Positions 46,961 to 61,672 of a stretch of 64,000 nucleotides of DNA are shown piece after piece. The DNA lies in contig OZ260667.1 of the NCBI GenBank assembly GCA_965285935.1, forward strand, positions 44,330,001-44,394,000. The letters run 5' to 3'. How positions within the stretch are numbered: position 1 is the first letter of the stretch; each line of letters begins with the position of its first letter. The DNA is from Ophelia neglecta (Eukaryota). A program made the translations under genes and the position numbers. The notes beneath the pieces were generated by a model that worked only from the letters and a program-made list of their open reading frames with translations, ran no database searches and was not told where the DNA came from.

Positions 46961-49900
46961 GCGTGGAGTTTCATCTGGTATATAAGAATCTGGTTTCTTA
47001 TATCCCAGATTTCATATAATTATAATTGTAGTTAGAGCGTGAAATTAAAGGGCAGCTTGTTCCTACAAGTTTGCTACATGTTCAGTTCCTCTTGCGCTTT
47101 ATAGTTCTACTTTTAAGAAATCAATTTAAAAAAATTCTTGAAATAGATTAATATATAGAAGAAGATTACCGTTTGTTTAAAAAGAACTGTTTACAGTGGA
47201 CAGTAGGCCCATGTTTATAGTATATATTTATCTCCGCTTTCCGGAGAGCTACATATTATTATTATGTAATTTCTTTGTAAGAGCTGTAAATCACCCACAT
47301 ACAATTACACTGTAAACACAAACACACATGCAACAAAGACAAGAAATGATACTTATAAAGTACAGTTACGTTATGTACATGTCATGGAACTTTTGACTGA
47401 TTTCTTTTAGGAAAATGGCCACAGTACACCTACAGTCTATTTGTATTTTATTGGTTGCAGCTTATGTAATGGGGTAAGTCCCAGTACAATAAATCTCACC
47501 ATGGCCAACACCATAGTTCGGGTATCGAATATGAACAAAAAAGAAACATAGCTCCAGTCTGGTTAGAGCGAGAAAGTCACCATACGACACCTTACGAAAC
47601 CAGTATCGAAGGGTGAACCTGTGCAAGTTCGTGCATATAGTTTCCTTTTTTAATAGCGTCACGAGCATCTGTTAAAAGTGATGCGTGCGTACAATTTTTA
47701 TTATTTTTTTTTTTCAATATTTTTTTTACCAAATGTGCCTCTTTTCAAGTATTACACCTGTATTTGTTAGTAATAAATCAATCATAAAACTACTGGGAGT
47801 TTTCAGTCCAAGTACTTGCCATCAGGTATGACAATTAACGGATATTCTGCGAGCAATGTGTATACCCCATGTATGTGGTCACCCAACCAGGCCCTCAGTA
47901 AAGTTTAAACATACAATTAATTGAAAATGTGACGGGTAAATTTGTCCATTATAATGGACGGCCAACTTTGGATTATACTTTGGCAGTAGTCTGCATTTAA
48001 GGCAAACTAGTGTAAGTTTTAGAACAGAATTTGTGCTAAAACACTTGGCTAACCCAATATTGAGCCCCTTAAAAATAACATGATATATCCTTAAGTAAAT
48101 ATCAAAAGAGGATTTCTTAAATTTCTAAGGCGCCCGCTCGCCTGCCTTTTACTGTCTGTGAATCAGTTACATGTAATTAAAGGTCAAGCCTTTGCAATTA
48201 CATAGTTTGAAAGCTTTCTTGACGAATCCCAGCCATGGTTGATAGTGGCAGACCTATACATCATGTGTACATCCCTCCTCCGCTGTTCCACATGATTATA
48301 TTGATGACGGTACATGGAGGGCAGCTAGCCAAACGATAAACCCCCTGGTAGTCAAGCCTTTGCCGTCCGTCCGTCAGAGATGTTTATTAATGAAACTGTA
48401 CTATACCATCCTATTGTAGCTAATGCAGTAGGAATTTCAAATTTACATTGACAAAACAGTGATCCGTAATAGGTTCATAAACGTGCCCATAGCTTACGCT
48501 TGGCAAGGTAATTTCATCCATGATCGTACATGTATGCACACGTGAGCACAAGACGCGACATGCCACTCGTGAGCAGTGTGGCGGTCAACTCCCTATAGGG
48601 TCAACCATATGCCTTAATAAATATATAGAGGCTTATATACATCATATGGGCCTATGTATTCAGTCGAGTATCGCCTAATATACTGTATTTCATGCTTTTA
48701 TGGTACATATCAAAACAAATAAATATTATTATTCTCAGATTGTCAAAGAACTTACAATGTATAGTAAAGATAAAAATAGAAATTAGTGCATTGACTAATT
48801 TTAGAAGTGATGCGCGCGTATTGGGAAATAAGTTTTGGTGCGCGGTCCTTGAAGGTGGTGCGCGCGCTGACGCTAAACTAATACCTTTTTTAGGCATAAC
48901 AAGGATTTCCCTAAAAATCTGTTTTAATCAAATTTTTTTTGCATGCACCTTTTCATATGATGGACTATTATCGAAATACTATTAGTAATCAAAACAGCGT
49001 CCAGGTAAAAAACTTGGTAGGAGATTTCCTTCCATCCGAACATGATTATATCGTTTTGAGGATTAGCGCACTTGCAACCAATCAAGCAAAATCAGTGCTT
49101 ACTTTTTAAATTCACATTTTGTGTAAAAAAAATACAACACATCCGCGTCTATCAAGTTTAGCGATTTCAAGAACTACTTTAAAGAAAGTTCATTGAGTCC
49201 CCTGTAGAATTGATGACATTTGATACCGGGGAAGAGCTTATATCATTTAGTATCTTCTCCATAAATACCCTTTTTGAAAAAGGCCGTTTCCAAGAGGGTA
49301 TAATCGGTCATATCATTTTATAAGCTTTTTCAAAATCTAATACTTCAGACCTAAATATTAGTGTATAGGCCTACTTGCTGACCATAAAAAATAGGCTTCT
49401 TTTCGGACGTAAGCCCAATGTTCTTCTTAAACAGGAACTAATCACAAAGAGTGCAATTAAGCCATTGGTCACTTCTAAATTAATTCAAGGCATTTCATTT
49501 GTAAGTTATAGGCCTTTATAATTTCTATTGCCTGTATGCAACACTCTTTATCAAGGATTTGTATTACAGTCTTAACTTTATAATACTTTACCCTAAATAT
49601 ACCCCTCCAACGCAACTGGCAGTGTCTTTCTCACCAGCACCGCCCACCTTAACATTTATGCGGTGTGGCTTGTGCGGAGATTATCAAATGTACTGCTTAG
49701 TGTCTGGTCAAATGCTAATGGCCTGAGTTTATGCATTAGCCTCTTTACAGCGGGTGTGTGAAGAAAATAGTTCACTCGATTTTATTTGATACAATGAGAT
49801 TTGAAACAAACCTGTTCCTATTTTGTAGTGTATTCTAGCCATCAATATTTTGCATTGGACTTTTTAATTATAAAACACCAAATATACTGATATATAGCAA

Positions 49901-50116
49901 TGACTTTTAGTTGATGGTTCGTAGTCTGCGGAGTGATACAAAAGAAGTGCGTGTACTCATCGGAGAAGACTTGATCCCGTCTAAGACTATGTGCTTAACA
50001 TAACCCGTCAATGCGGTTGTGTATCAAAATCTGGCGGATTTCGGCAGCACAGGCTCGATAGGCGGAAAATATGTTATCTGTTTTGTAAATGTAGTTGATA
50101 ACAGAAGGAAGCCGAA

Positions 50117-50168
50117 ATGCAGAGAGGGTGGGTTTTCGGCGCAATATTCCGGGTCCTGGCTCTGCTAG
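50117..50168 (+). CDS. TMEM132: TMEM132-family exon 1 (signal peptide MQRGWVFGAIFRVLALL)
   Basis: gaaATG, hydrophobic stretch, consensus donor TAG|gtgagt in phase 1 matching the acceptor at 59513. Lies in a CpG-rich patch. Confidence 0.75.
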
Positions 50169-53100
50169 GTGAGTACTAAATGTCACCACCATCTGATTCC
50201 ATGTTGTGTTGCAGCAGCATCCCAGATAATTGATCCCAGAACCTTCTAACCCTCCGTAAATACAAATATTAGGCTTCAAAACGTCTGACTCGTACGGATG
50301 ATTCTAAAATGCATCTAGTTACATGCATGATTCTGTTTTTAAAGCAGGTGTTGCGTTGGTCGGGAAGCTAATAATTTGACAGTTCTTGGAAGGTGGCCAG
50401 TAGCATTTTATCTCCTTAACCCTCTGCTACTGTTAAGGGTCATTTGATAATAATGTAGTGTGGCAATTGCATGTCTGGTTCTAAAGTTTGTCATATCTGT
50501 TTATAATTAGTTTTTATTAAAATATGGCTGGGCTTGTAATGATGTATTTAATTGGAATATAGCCACTGTGAAATTAGGAGTGATTATTGAAACCATGTGG
50601 GCCCTTGAATCCAGTAGTACTGAAGTAGAACATAAACTTAAGTGATTTATAACCAGAATTCTTATACTTCCCATGGTATGCCATTGTAAAAATATGTGAA
50701 ACAACATGTTAGCTTCCTTGAGGAATGGTTTCTAGATTATTTTAAATGTTTCATTTTGTAAAATATCAACCAAATAATTACCCATATTATTAAAATGCAT
50801 CTTAATGTAACCTTAATAATTTGTTACATTATATATTGATGTGCAACATTTGTCCTGAGATTACAGAAGTGTAACAATTGATTAAAGTGAATCAGATCAG
50901 AAATTTTATGACAGAAGTTTATTTGGAAATTAAATGATCACAGATTTATTATATTCTAAAATAGCTTTGAAACTTAAATGAATTTATTTCAAAAAATTTA
51001 AGGCATTGAAGGTCTTAAATCACAAAATCTAAATGAAACTCATTATTGGTTTCAGTAAGTTCAGGAACAGGAAAAAGGCAAATGCCTTGAAGTCATATTA
51101 TTATTTAACTTGATGTGGTAAATATCTTGTAGTTTTATTTAGTAATACCATTTAAAAACACTGGCTCTGTGTACATGTAAGTGCAGGATGGGTGTCCCCT
51201 CCCAAATATAAAAGATTTGAAGGAGATGGCACCATGGACGAAATAGGGCATCCAAAGACTAATGTTGTCCCCCCTCCCCCTCCCTCCACCCTGAAAGTCT
51301 GGTCTGAACCTGATCCACAGACCCTGGTTAGCTATGCTTGGTTTGTTGACCATAGCCCCAGGTAGTTGGTATCCCTTGTATGTTGAAATGCCAACATTGA
51401 TATTAACACAAGTGGTGTGGCAGATATTACATCACAGGAAAATAATTGGTTCACACTGCTGGATAGCAAGCTCCCCTATAGGCCTTGTGTATTGACTCAG
51501 TTGTTAAAATATAGGAACATGTGTCAGCAGGCCTTTGATTTTAATTCCCCAATGATCCTTGACCAATTGATGACCCCTTAATGACAACTGATTACTACCT
51601 GTTTTCAAGATTAAATTGTAATATTTGCCAGAGAAGTGTGGATCATCTATGTGAACAACTTCTTAAGTAAATACTTATTATGTAATTAGGGTTCTTACTT
51701 TACTGGACTGAAGGATTATTTAAAGCAGTTAAACTCACACTGAATATAATTCACCTATATCATCTAAAATTAAATCTTGAAATTATTACCAGCAACATTT
51801 CTCATAAAAAGACATTCAAAGTTATTTGGAAAACCCGATGAATGCATTTCATCATATTGCATATTGCATGAACTCATCTACATAGAAATATCTATAGAAA
51901 AGAAAAAAAAAGTTTGTAAAACACCTGAAATATATGCACTGATCTCCTATATATTCATTGAGGCAGAAATGGGAATATCTGAAATCAGATTTATATCAAA
52001 ACAGTTACTTGGTATGGTGCTTTGTCTGCTAATTAACCTCCATTTTTATAACATTCTTGTTTGAAAAATTAACATAAATGTAGAAAAAATGGAAGCAAAA
52101 TTAGGACTGCAAAGCGTACCATGTTCCTATAATACCACTGGGACTAAAAATGTGCATCCATGGCATATGTTGCATCCATGGAGCTTTGCTCGCGATAGCC
52201 CTGGTAATGTGTCCAAAGGTTGCAATATTGCCAGGCCTGCTTCAACCCATTGTCTGTGTATTATCTAGTATTATCTGTACACCCGGTGTTTCTAATCAAG
52301 GAACTATATTTAAGACATGTTATTAGAATTAGTTATTTATCCTGACCTGGGTTAATGTCTTTTTTACTGTATAATTTTTCATGTTTAGTGCTGCAATGCA
52401 CAGATAGAAACCGCTAGTTCTTTCCTAGTCCATCTTCATCCATCCGGTCATAGAACAAAAGCTGTGGGTGCTGTTTGAGGTCATGATCGTCCATGCATTG
52501 TTTGTGTTTGGCACTGAGTATTCCCATCTGTGACAGATACTGTCCAGGATACCCAACACTGACATTAGCTGATTGGTTGCACTTAAAGTCAGACTCATAA
52601 TTATTCCAGTCTGTTAATGTGGCAGTGTAATTAGTGCAAGGTTATTACAATATTGTCTGGCAAATCAATTTCTTCCCTGGATACATGTGCATCTTGACTA
52701 ATGTTTCTCAGCTGATCTGTTTGTTCATAAAACATTGGAAGATGCCAATTGCCTTGTTTAATTTTGTTTGTGTGTTCGTTAGCAGCAAAATACATACGTG
52801 TACATAAACATGTATATACTGTACATTGGCTTGGTGTGAACGGAGACAGGGTTTAGTAACAGATTTTTTTTCTTTTTAAAGACAACTTTTACAAACATCT
52901 GATGATTATGGGGTACATCCTTCTCTTTGAATCGATATGCATTACCGGTAGTTCATCAGACAAAAACACAGCCATTATGAGAGTTGTGTGTCATCCTATA
53001 CTCTTGGTTCTCGGCTCATCTTTGATGTTTATTTTTGTTTATTACCTTTTTTTGCAAACAGCACAGGGAAACTCATTTTCCCTGTAAAATATCAATATAT

Positions 53101-53799
53101 TTCTAATTTTGCTCACCAGCATTTTATGCAAAGTAGAATCATAGCATTAACACATTGGGAGAGTTAACGATATGCTTGTGGCAGGAAACATGTTTGGCGG
53201 GAACTGCAAAAATGAGTCATAACAGCAATTTAGCTGGTTTTAAATTCAAACGTAACTCCCTAGACCATGATGCCAGCCACTAGGTCAGCCTTGGCACATG
53301 GAGCAAGTGGAAGGGATTGATATTCAAGTGGCCAGCCACCACTGTTTAAGATCAGATTCTAATATAAACTTTGTATCTCTGGGTGTCACTGAAGGTATGA
53401 ACACAGCAGCTGTGGCATGAGCCACTGCTGACATCTACTGTACAGGCTTATTTGAAAATGTCATGCACTGGAACCAGATGACAGTTATTATAACCAAAAC
53501 TCTATACCCCTTCAAATCTCTAAATATAAAATCTCTTAGACAATTATGGGTAACAAAATTTCAAATTTTAGGGAATGAGAGTGAATGAAACTAGAAGAGG
53601 TAATTTTAGCATAAAATTCCCCTCTTCAAACAGGTTTGCTCCCACTTTGATACAGTAAACCATACATTTTTGTGAGCTTGCAATTTTCCCAGATTTTCGC
53701 AATAATCGAAATTCACAAAACAGCCTGCTTGTGAAAATGTCCTTTATGCTATTCTTTAATACGTAGCCTTAGTTTGCATAAGAAACTGTGGGCTCTTTA

Positions 53800-53999
53800 A
53801 CATTACTAAACCATACACTAACATTACTAAACCATGCACTCTCTTACATTACTAAACCATGCACTCTTTTACATTACTAAATCATGCACTTTGTTACATT
53901 ACTAAACCATGTGCTCTCTTACATTACTAAACCATGCACTCTCACATAACTAAACCATGCCTTCTCTTACATTACTAAACCATGCACTCTCTTACATTA
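53800..53999. repeat. Minisatellite, about 25-bp unit, about 8 copies
   Basis: acattactaaaccatgcactctctt repeated head to tail. Confidence 0.95.
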
Positions 54000-54167
54000 T
54001 TTAGCAGTGATATCTCATGTGAACAATAGACATTTGTGGTGAAATATGATTTGTGAAATTTTCATGCATTTGATGATATGGCATGGCTGTAGCTACATGA
54101 TGATATTGCACTATTACAAGCTATTTGATGAAATTGCCTGGCGATTTGACGATATTTCATAGCTGTA

Positions 54168-55423
54168 CTCTCACATTCCGAATACCCGTACATGTACGGC
54201 TATTTTTTGTGAGAAAAAAATCCACCCTATACGATCTTATTGGGGCCTGTACGCTTATAAGAAATCTGGTTTAAACACCCCTTCTATACGACAATTCCGG
54301 ACTGTACGCTGCTCGCTGTCCGCCTGCAAGCATCCGCGATCGCGTTGTTTTGAAACTGTTTGCGCAAACTAGCTGGACTGTTTCCATGTTCATGCCGTGT
54401 CCGTGGGAGCTCCTTGTATTTGCGAATGAACTGGTTACTGGTTACTACTTACTACGGCAAGCCTGGAATTTGTGAGCAAGAAATCGCGGGAATCGGGTCG
54501 TGTGCGTACTAGTAATTGTTGCGGGACGTGTGCAAAATCTGCTATCTGCTGGTGGACTTTCTCGTGAGTTTTCCAAGTAATTTTTACCATGTATTAATCT
54601 GAAAGGAACCACTGATAAAGTCTGACCTATTATCTTTTGGCAGAGCCATATTTCTGATTACATTGGTGAAAAACTATTGAACAATGATCGATAATGTTAG
54701 TGTTGTCAGCAAGTCTCAAAAAATCCCCCACCTCGCCCTCCATGCCGATGAGTTTCCATGTCTAACCAAAGTAAATAAACAATGTATAGCCTAAAGATTG
54801 ACTTGACATTGTTTTCTGCACTTTATTTTCCACTTGGCATTGATGAAAATAGAGGCCGGTTGCACAAATTTTAGGTCCGAAGAAGGGAAACAGGGGCGTT
54901 TCCAGCTTTCCACAAGGGGGGGTTCACTTCAGTTTGTATAGATTTTGCAGTTCGAACTATAGAACAATTTTTTTGACAAATCAATTTAATTCAGCTGAAA
55001 AAGGGGGGTTCGGACGAACCCCCCCTAGTTACGCCCTTGAGAAATTTCGCGGCCGATTTGGGCGATAATAGGGCAGAATCACGTGGTTCGATTTGACATT
55101 TGCTTTTGAATAAAGAAGTGTTCATACTACTGTGTTTGTGTTTGGTTTTCAACCCTATAATACTGTTATTCCTGATATTGTAATTACATCAACTGGATTC
55201 TAGTAACACAGGACTATAGGCCTATATTGTCTTATTCTGGCTTGTACAGTTACAAGTTGAAGAATTTTCCACCCTATTCTCTTATTCCGCCTTGTACATT
55301 TATTAGATTTTGGAGAATTTTCCACCCTATTCTCTTATTCCGCCTTGTACAGTTATTAGATTTTGGAAGATTTTCCACCCTATTCTCTTATTCCGCCTTG
55401 CGCAGGTATTCGGAATGTGAGAG
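54168..55423. mobile_element. Non-autonomous TIR DNA transposon with TA target duplication (Tc1/mariner-superfamily-like)
   Basis: TA|CTCTCACATTCCGAATACC ... GGTATTCGGAATGTGAGAG|TA, perfect 19-bp TIRs. Three subterminal repeats of about 53 bp at 55260-55400 and a related ccaccctat..cttatt motif near the left end. No transposase ORF. Confidence 0.92.
54891..55039. mobile_element. Small nested MITE-like insert
   Basis: Ends CAGGGGCGT...ACGCCCTTG (8/9 inverted match) with an internal hairpin ggggggttcg-ga-cgaacccccc. No clean target duplication. Confidence 0.55.
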
Positions 55424-55427
55424 TAGC

Positions 55428-55595
55428 TATTTGCTGATGTTGCAGCATATTCGATGATGTTGCAGCATATTTGAAGCACATTTGATGATGTTGCAACATA
55501 CTTGATGATGTTGCAGAATATTTGAAGCATATTTGATGATGTTGCAGCATACTTGATGATGTTGCATGGCCAAAGCTTTTTGGTGATGTTGCATG
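55428..55595. repeat. Minisatellite, about 20-bp unit (atttgatgatgttgcagcat); degenerate copies also at 54060-54165
   Basis: Seen directly on both sides of the transposon. Confidence 0.9.
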
Positions 55596-58500
55596 ACTGA
55601 AGCCTAGCTATGCTAGTTAGTTGTTCATTTATATTAGTTGGTCTAGGGAGAAGAGTGTATCCAATTTACATGAACTATTGGCAGAGATTCAAGCTGTTTG
55701 TGCTCTTTGATATCAAACTTCCACTGTTCATATAAACAAGTCACTAACTGTCCTTGCCAACTGACCCATTACTCAAGAGATGGTATAAAAAAGGCAAAGA
55801 AATGCCAATGACTTTTCCTTATCCTATTTGCCCAGGTTTTTGATAGTAAGCAATGCCTACAGATATTACGCATTGTTCACAATTTGACTAGCAGCCTTCT
55901 TTATGATTGCCAGTTTAGACATTTCCCTTGTTTCTGGACCTGTAACAGGCAGTCAATTCAATTTATTACCTCATTTAAATTTAAGTATTGGGCCCTCCGG
56001 TGCACTCTGTAGACGGTGTCTGAGACCAGCTGAATCAATGAGACACAATAGGGATGGAGTGCTCACATCGCAAAGACAGTTGATATTGATTTTGCCCTCT
56101 TAGTAGTCATTGGTGGCTGATCGTAGCCAGTTGTAGCACATCCTTTGGAAAATTGAATCAACTGTAATTGGACAGCCAAATTGCCAAGGCCATACGGGTT
56201 AGCACTTGTGGACTTAGGGGCGAACAATTTCTTGACATCCAATGTCATTTCTCAAGTGTCTGTAAGTGTAGAATACACACTGATTACCATGTACTCATGT
56301 ACATGTGGAGCTAGCTGCCTGTGTCTAGGGGTGCAAGAATGTGCAATTTTGATTTTCTCCACTACCAACTTTGTCATTCAGTTGGCTACCCTTAAAATTA
56401 TTTAGGCAGTTGACAACCGCATTGGCTGTTAGCCTTGACGAGAAAAAATAGAATTTAGGTTATCTGCCAGTATTTCTGATAATACAAAAAACCTTAGGGA
56501 GTTTTTTTGTGAACCAGTTCTCTAAAGCTTAGTAATCTGGCATACATGTGCTAGTATGTGTTGAAGTTTTGGAACTTCAGTGCACTGTATTGAACTTCAG
56601 ACAAATTGCTTAAATTGTCTGGTGTTTGATGGAGGAAACAGTTTCTTTACAAATTGATTGGTGTTGACACGCAGGGCTGGGCTAAAGCCTAAAGCTGTTA
56701 TCGGGTTGGTTTAGAATATGTCTGCGTAACCAGTACACCAATTTGAATTTATTAGGTACAGCTTTTTAAGAACTTTCAGTTGATCAAGCCTTTTCCTAGC
56801 ACCAGTTTCCATCCTGTCCAAAGTGCCAATGTATACCACTGTAATATTAAAGAAAAATGAGTTAAGATAAAGCCAAGCAAGCGAGCCAAGCTTTTCGCCT
56901 AACACAGACCAACTTGGCTGCTGTTTTCTGTACAAATCTAGACCAGATGTTTGAGGTTTGTATATATGTTTTAACCTCTCCTAGGTACAGGAGGTTGGCC
57001 AATCAGGGAAACTTGCCACTAAAACACTATTTGAATGTGATAGCCCGGGCTTAGTGTCAGAAAACACTATTTCTATTTTTTGCGCAGTTAAACTTGAAGG
57101 GACACTTTCTTGGTAGGTTAAGTTGTGAGACCAAACAGTAGCTAACATGCCTACATCTAGTAGTAATGTCTGTCATTTCTCCTGCTGGCTAGGTGGCTCT
57201 TGACAAGCAGCATTTGTTTACACCGCCCATTATTTCTCTAGCATCAGGGAAAAAGCTGATTAGTTTGGTACCCATTCAAACTAGTGTAGGTCTGAAATAT
57301 TCACTTATAGTCTGGGTGCAATCATCATACACATGTAAATCTAGAAATACGGATATCTATACAGTGAGACAAGGCCTGTAGAATCCATCTAGGCTTAGCA
57401 TCCCCTGTAAACACACAGTATCAGTCAGCCAGTACCTTTCCTTTGTGTACATGCACTTGGACAGCAAATCTCTTGTTTACCCAGTTCTGAGCCTTGCTCA
57501 TCCTTGGTTTTCTGATTCCTCCCTGCCGTCTCTCTGTGTTGGGTAACCCAGGTCCCCTGCCACCTACATAGCACCCACTCTAAGGGTCAGCAACTGCCAA
57601 AAATTTATCTCCAAGGCAAACCTAGCAATGATAACTTGATCTGGCTCCTCCGCCATGCTTCATGCTCTACCTCTGTCTTCCACTGTTCTCTCCTCCGTCT
57701 GCTGACTTGCCCTTAGGCCTTCGGAAATAAGGCTGTCTGTTGTTCTGTGCTAATAAGCTTTCCTTCTCTGAATTGAAAACACTGCTAGTCAGAATAAGTC
57801 TGATTCAAGTCATATATCTGCTAAGTTCTCAATTTACCTTAAAAACAAAATTAATGGTGTAGGTATAAGTCTGTGAGAGGGCTGTAATAGAAAATGTAAG
57901 AAAACATACTTGTAGCTTCTACTATATACACTTGTGTGAGTTTTGGTTGCTTTTTCGGAATTCATTTCAACATAAACCTTTCATAATTAATAAGCTATGT
58001 CAGATAGTTATAAGGTAATTCATGAATGATGTTTAAGCATTTGACAAAGCCACTTCATGTTTGGTAAATATCATGAAAGTTGATCTGTATGTTCTAGAAC
58101 AAGAGCAGTCTCAGGTTGCAGTTCATATCTTATTCAATAAACACTATACAGAGTGCATTGTTTGGTGGTAATATTAATAGACATGTGCTGTCAAATGATG
58201 GCGTAGAGGTCAGCGCCAATCATACAGCATGTTACCCTGTATTAGAGCATGGTGGGTGCCCGGCCCAGCGCTCTCCCCTGACATTGCTTTACCTCCATTG
58301 GTCTGATTGATAAAGCGGAGGCTGGTGGTCGGAGGCTGATAGATGGTCTGTCCCGGGGGACTAACCCCATCCAAGGCTGCCCACTCCTGTATTCAGTCCC
58401 TGACTCCCCCTTATAGAGCTCTGCCGGCCTCAGACACAGATATAGGCCCTGAGATGAGGCTCTCATACTAATCCTGGCACACCCTCCTGTAGAGATATAT

Positions 58501-59512
58501 TTCTTTCTGTCTTTGGTGTTTATATCTTCTAGGTTTTCTGTATCTTCTCTCACCCATACATGTTAAGTTCTGTGGGCTTGCTTGCAGGGAATGCCATCAG
58601 CGTGGTCTTTGCATTAGGACTCAAATTGGTCTCTACATCGGCTGCATATAAACTAGGACTGCAGAGAAATCTAATGAAACTTTCATGAAGGATAAAAACA
58701 TGCAAGCTCGCCTAAACATGAATTTTCAACAAAGGGCATTCATCCACAAAGAAAAAACGTTGGGCGTCAAAACGTCAAGCTTTCTCCTGACTTATTTGTT
58801 TGTAATAGGGAGGGTACAGCGGCTGACAGGATTTCTCTCAGCATTCTCTGATAAACAACAGCGCCTTCCAATCTGCAGCTCGGCCGCTGGAGCTTTCCTA
58901 CGTACATGTACATGTACATGGGGATCATTCAGATTACACAATTCTCATTCAGTGGCAAGCCAATGTATCGATCCTAGACAATCCATTCAGCGGTTGTAAA
59001 CCCACACTAAGTGGTATCCTATAAATATTTATCCTTGTTGATACATCGGTCATTGTTGCATGCTTGTGGCTTAATTATAATGTGTCAAACTCATTAATTT
59101 CCCTTATCCTGCATAGAAGCTTATATATACAATACATGGCTTTTTTCACCCTAATTTATATGTAGGAATTATTCTTCCATCACATGCTTTAGATATATAT
59201 ATACAAAAAAATTGCAAAGTTAGTTCATGCTAATTATTTGACAGTGCCTGTTTGAGTTATTGATGTGAAATTCCAGATAACTCTAGGAATAGCTGGAATA
59301 TTTTACTCTGAACTACCTTGAAACAATTAGTATCAGACTTTTACCAGTAGCTTAAAATAAATTTAGTTTGATGCAAGCTTGAAAAATGAGGAACATAAGT
59401 GAACATTCTGGCTTGTCCAAAAAAATCAACTTGTAGTTAACCATTGAGATAACTTAAATCATGGTACATGTAATTTGTCCTCTATAAATAAGCTTGTAAT
59501 TTTTGTCTTCAG

Positions 59513-60317
59513 GACCCTCCTATCAGATGGATGTTACAATAGAGAATACAAACAGTGGATTTTTCCTGAAGCCTTTGTTTCATGGCCAGGAGGTGTTTAT
59601 TTTGAACACGGAGGAGAAGCATTTAGCGGTGAGCCAGCTGGGACATGCGGCTTCGGTGAGAGCCAGCTTCGGGGCGTATTCCGACTCGGAGGAGGTATCC
59701 CGGAGCCTGCTGCAGGGTAACATCTCCCAAGCCCTCAGCTCCCTGGTGGTGGGGGGCCAGGAGGTCAGTGCCCACCTGGTGACCCGGACAGTCACCCAGG
59801 AGCGGCCCCTCCTACAGGTGCTTTATCACGCTAGTCAGATACCCAAAGGAGGAAACACCATTCGCAATGCCAAAATAGAAAACCCAAAAAGGGACGATGA
59901 TACACGGTGGTGCATGCAGATGCACGTAGAAAAAGATGGACAGGAGTTGACCTCCGTGTGTGTTCTCGGCGGTGTTGACAATGTGTGTATTGCCGAGCTG
60001 ACTTTGCCCTCGTCTTGGTGGGATCCTGTCATAACCCAAAGCGCACAAGTGTTTTTCTCGCTCTACGGTATAGACCAAAATTTACAGTGTTCCAGTGCGA
60101 CGAGCACTATAGAGGAGCACGCCGCCAACTCTTCAGAGAGGGTGAAAAACTATGTCTCATCAATTACCCTGACTCACGGCCAGATGGCCTACCAGGAACT
60201 GAAGGAAGACCAGCACATTCTCATCTACGTACCTCAGAAAAGCTTCTACCCGGGGTCGAAGTTCAGGGTGCCTGTCAAACTTCAGGCCGAATCCGACTTG
60301 CAGATTTTTGTCATCAA
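59513..60317 (+). CDS. TMEM132: TMEM132-family exon 2
   Basis: FFLK, VRASFGAYS, VSAHLV...PLLQVLYH, WC...SVC...VCIAELTLPSSWW, typical of the TMEM132 N-terminal domain; ttcag| and AA|gtaagt. Confidence 0.92.
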
Positions 60318-60701
60318 GTAAGTAAACCAAGCTATGAACTTCCCGCGGGCTGTTGATGAACAAAGCATGGTACTCAACAGTTAGTGTTAGTTGTATAGAT
60401 CTTATCATTAAGAGTGCGCTATGAATCAAATTATGAAGTGTTTATAGCTGTGTTTTATTTGATTATATCTGCTGTGAGCTAAGTACTTCACTCTGAACTT
60501 CTCTATGTACCGGTGTTCTCTCTTGGCAGCAGATGTTAACATGATTTATGAATGAAGTGCACTTCCCTATCTGACAATACATGTATAAATATTTGCATTG
60601 ATACAATAAATATAAGTTCTTGGCACCATTTTCATACTCTACTACCATAGCAATCACTTTTGGATAATGGCCATAGTAATGATCTTCTGTTATGTCCACA
60701 G

Positions 60702-60851
60702 GCTAAAGACCCGACATGGGATCAGCGTGGTGGGAGCAGAGGCCGCTGACGCCACCAAGTGGCGAATCTCAGTCGACCTCAATCACAAACAGCAGGGGGC
60801 AATGGTCACCGCATTTGTGGCGGATCGAGAAAACTACAGAAAAACTGACAG
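60702..60851 (+). CDS. TMEM132: TMEM132-family exon 3
   Basis: LKTRHGISVVGAEAADATKWRISV...; phase 2 at both ends, canonical sites. Confidence 0.88.
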
Positions 60852-61173
60852 GTATTCCTCACTTGTACCCTGTTCTTAGCAACATGGTAGGCACAGTGGC
60901 TGGCAACTTAGCCATGTTAGAGAGATTAACATTCCTTGGTAATCAGAGTGCTTCACAACTATGTCTGTTATGTACCGCCGATTATTATTTCACCTTAAAG
61001 ATAACATTTGGTAGAAAAAAGATGTCTCTAGTTCCCTAAATCTGTAACAGTGCGTGTTCTCTTTGTTTCCCCATGTACAGTTTAATCTAGAGTGTGTTTT
61101 TAGCGTCTACCGTATATCCCACCCTGTTTATGCACTCACTCAGCAGTGAATAAGCATGATGTTTTGCTCTCAG

Positions 61174-61369
61174 GATCCAAGATATATTTGAGTGGATATT
61201 TGAGGTGGAGGATGATGCGATAGAGGAAGATCGAGGCCGTATCACCATGGTCTTGGAATACGAGATGAACCAACAATTTAAAGAGAAATACGGCTCGGTT
61301 GAAAACAAGGTGGTTGCCAGGGTGCAGATTCAGCGGGACAACACATACAGCATTGTACCTGTCATCAAG
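61174..61369 (+). CDS. TMEM132: TMEM132-family exon 4
   Basis: IQDIFEWIFEV...YSIVPVIK; phase 2 in, phase 0 out. Confidence 0.88.
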
Positions 61370-61672
61370 GTTTGTGTCTATCTACTTGTACAATACGTAC
61401 AGCATTGTTTCTGTCATCGGCAATAAAAATAGTCAAAGAAAGTTTGTGATAACATGATTATAAGATGATAAAGATCCAATATCCGTTTATAGTGAAGAAG
61501 AAGATAGGAAGAATTATCTGTAGGAAAAATGAGATGTTACGCCATTAAAAGGATGTTTAGCTATTTAAAAACAGAAAAGGGATGTTTATAGCTTGTTAAA
61601 AGGTGGGGAAAGAATGTTTAGGTTATAGATATTAACTATGGGGTTGATGTATCAATGAGCTTTATTCTTCAG

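Noticed and set aside
47548-47575. A-box-like TAGCTCCAGTCTGGTTAGAGCG
   Set aside because: No downstream B-box or T-arm.
48700-49340. Possible decayed DNA transposon between TTC32 and TMEM132
   Set aside because: No TIRs, target duplication or coding remnant could be identified.
52902-53087. Hydrophobic ORF as the TMEM132 signal-peptide exon
   Set aside because: No suitable donor; 50117-50168 has a consensus donor in the right phase.
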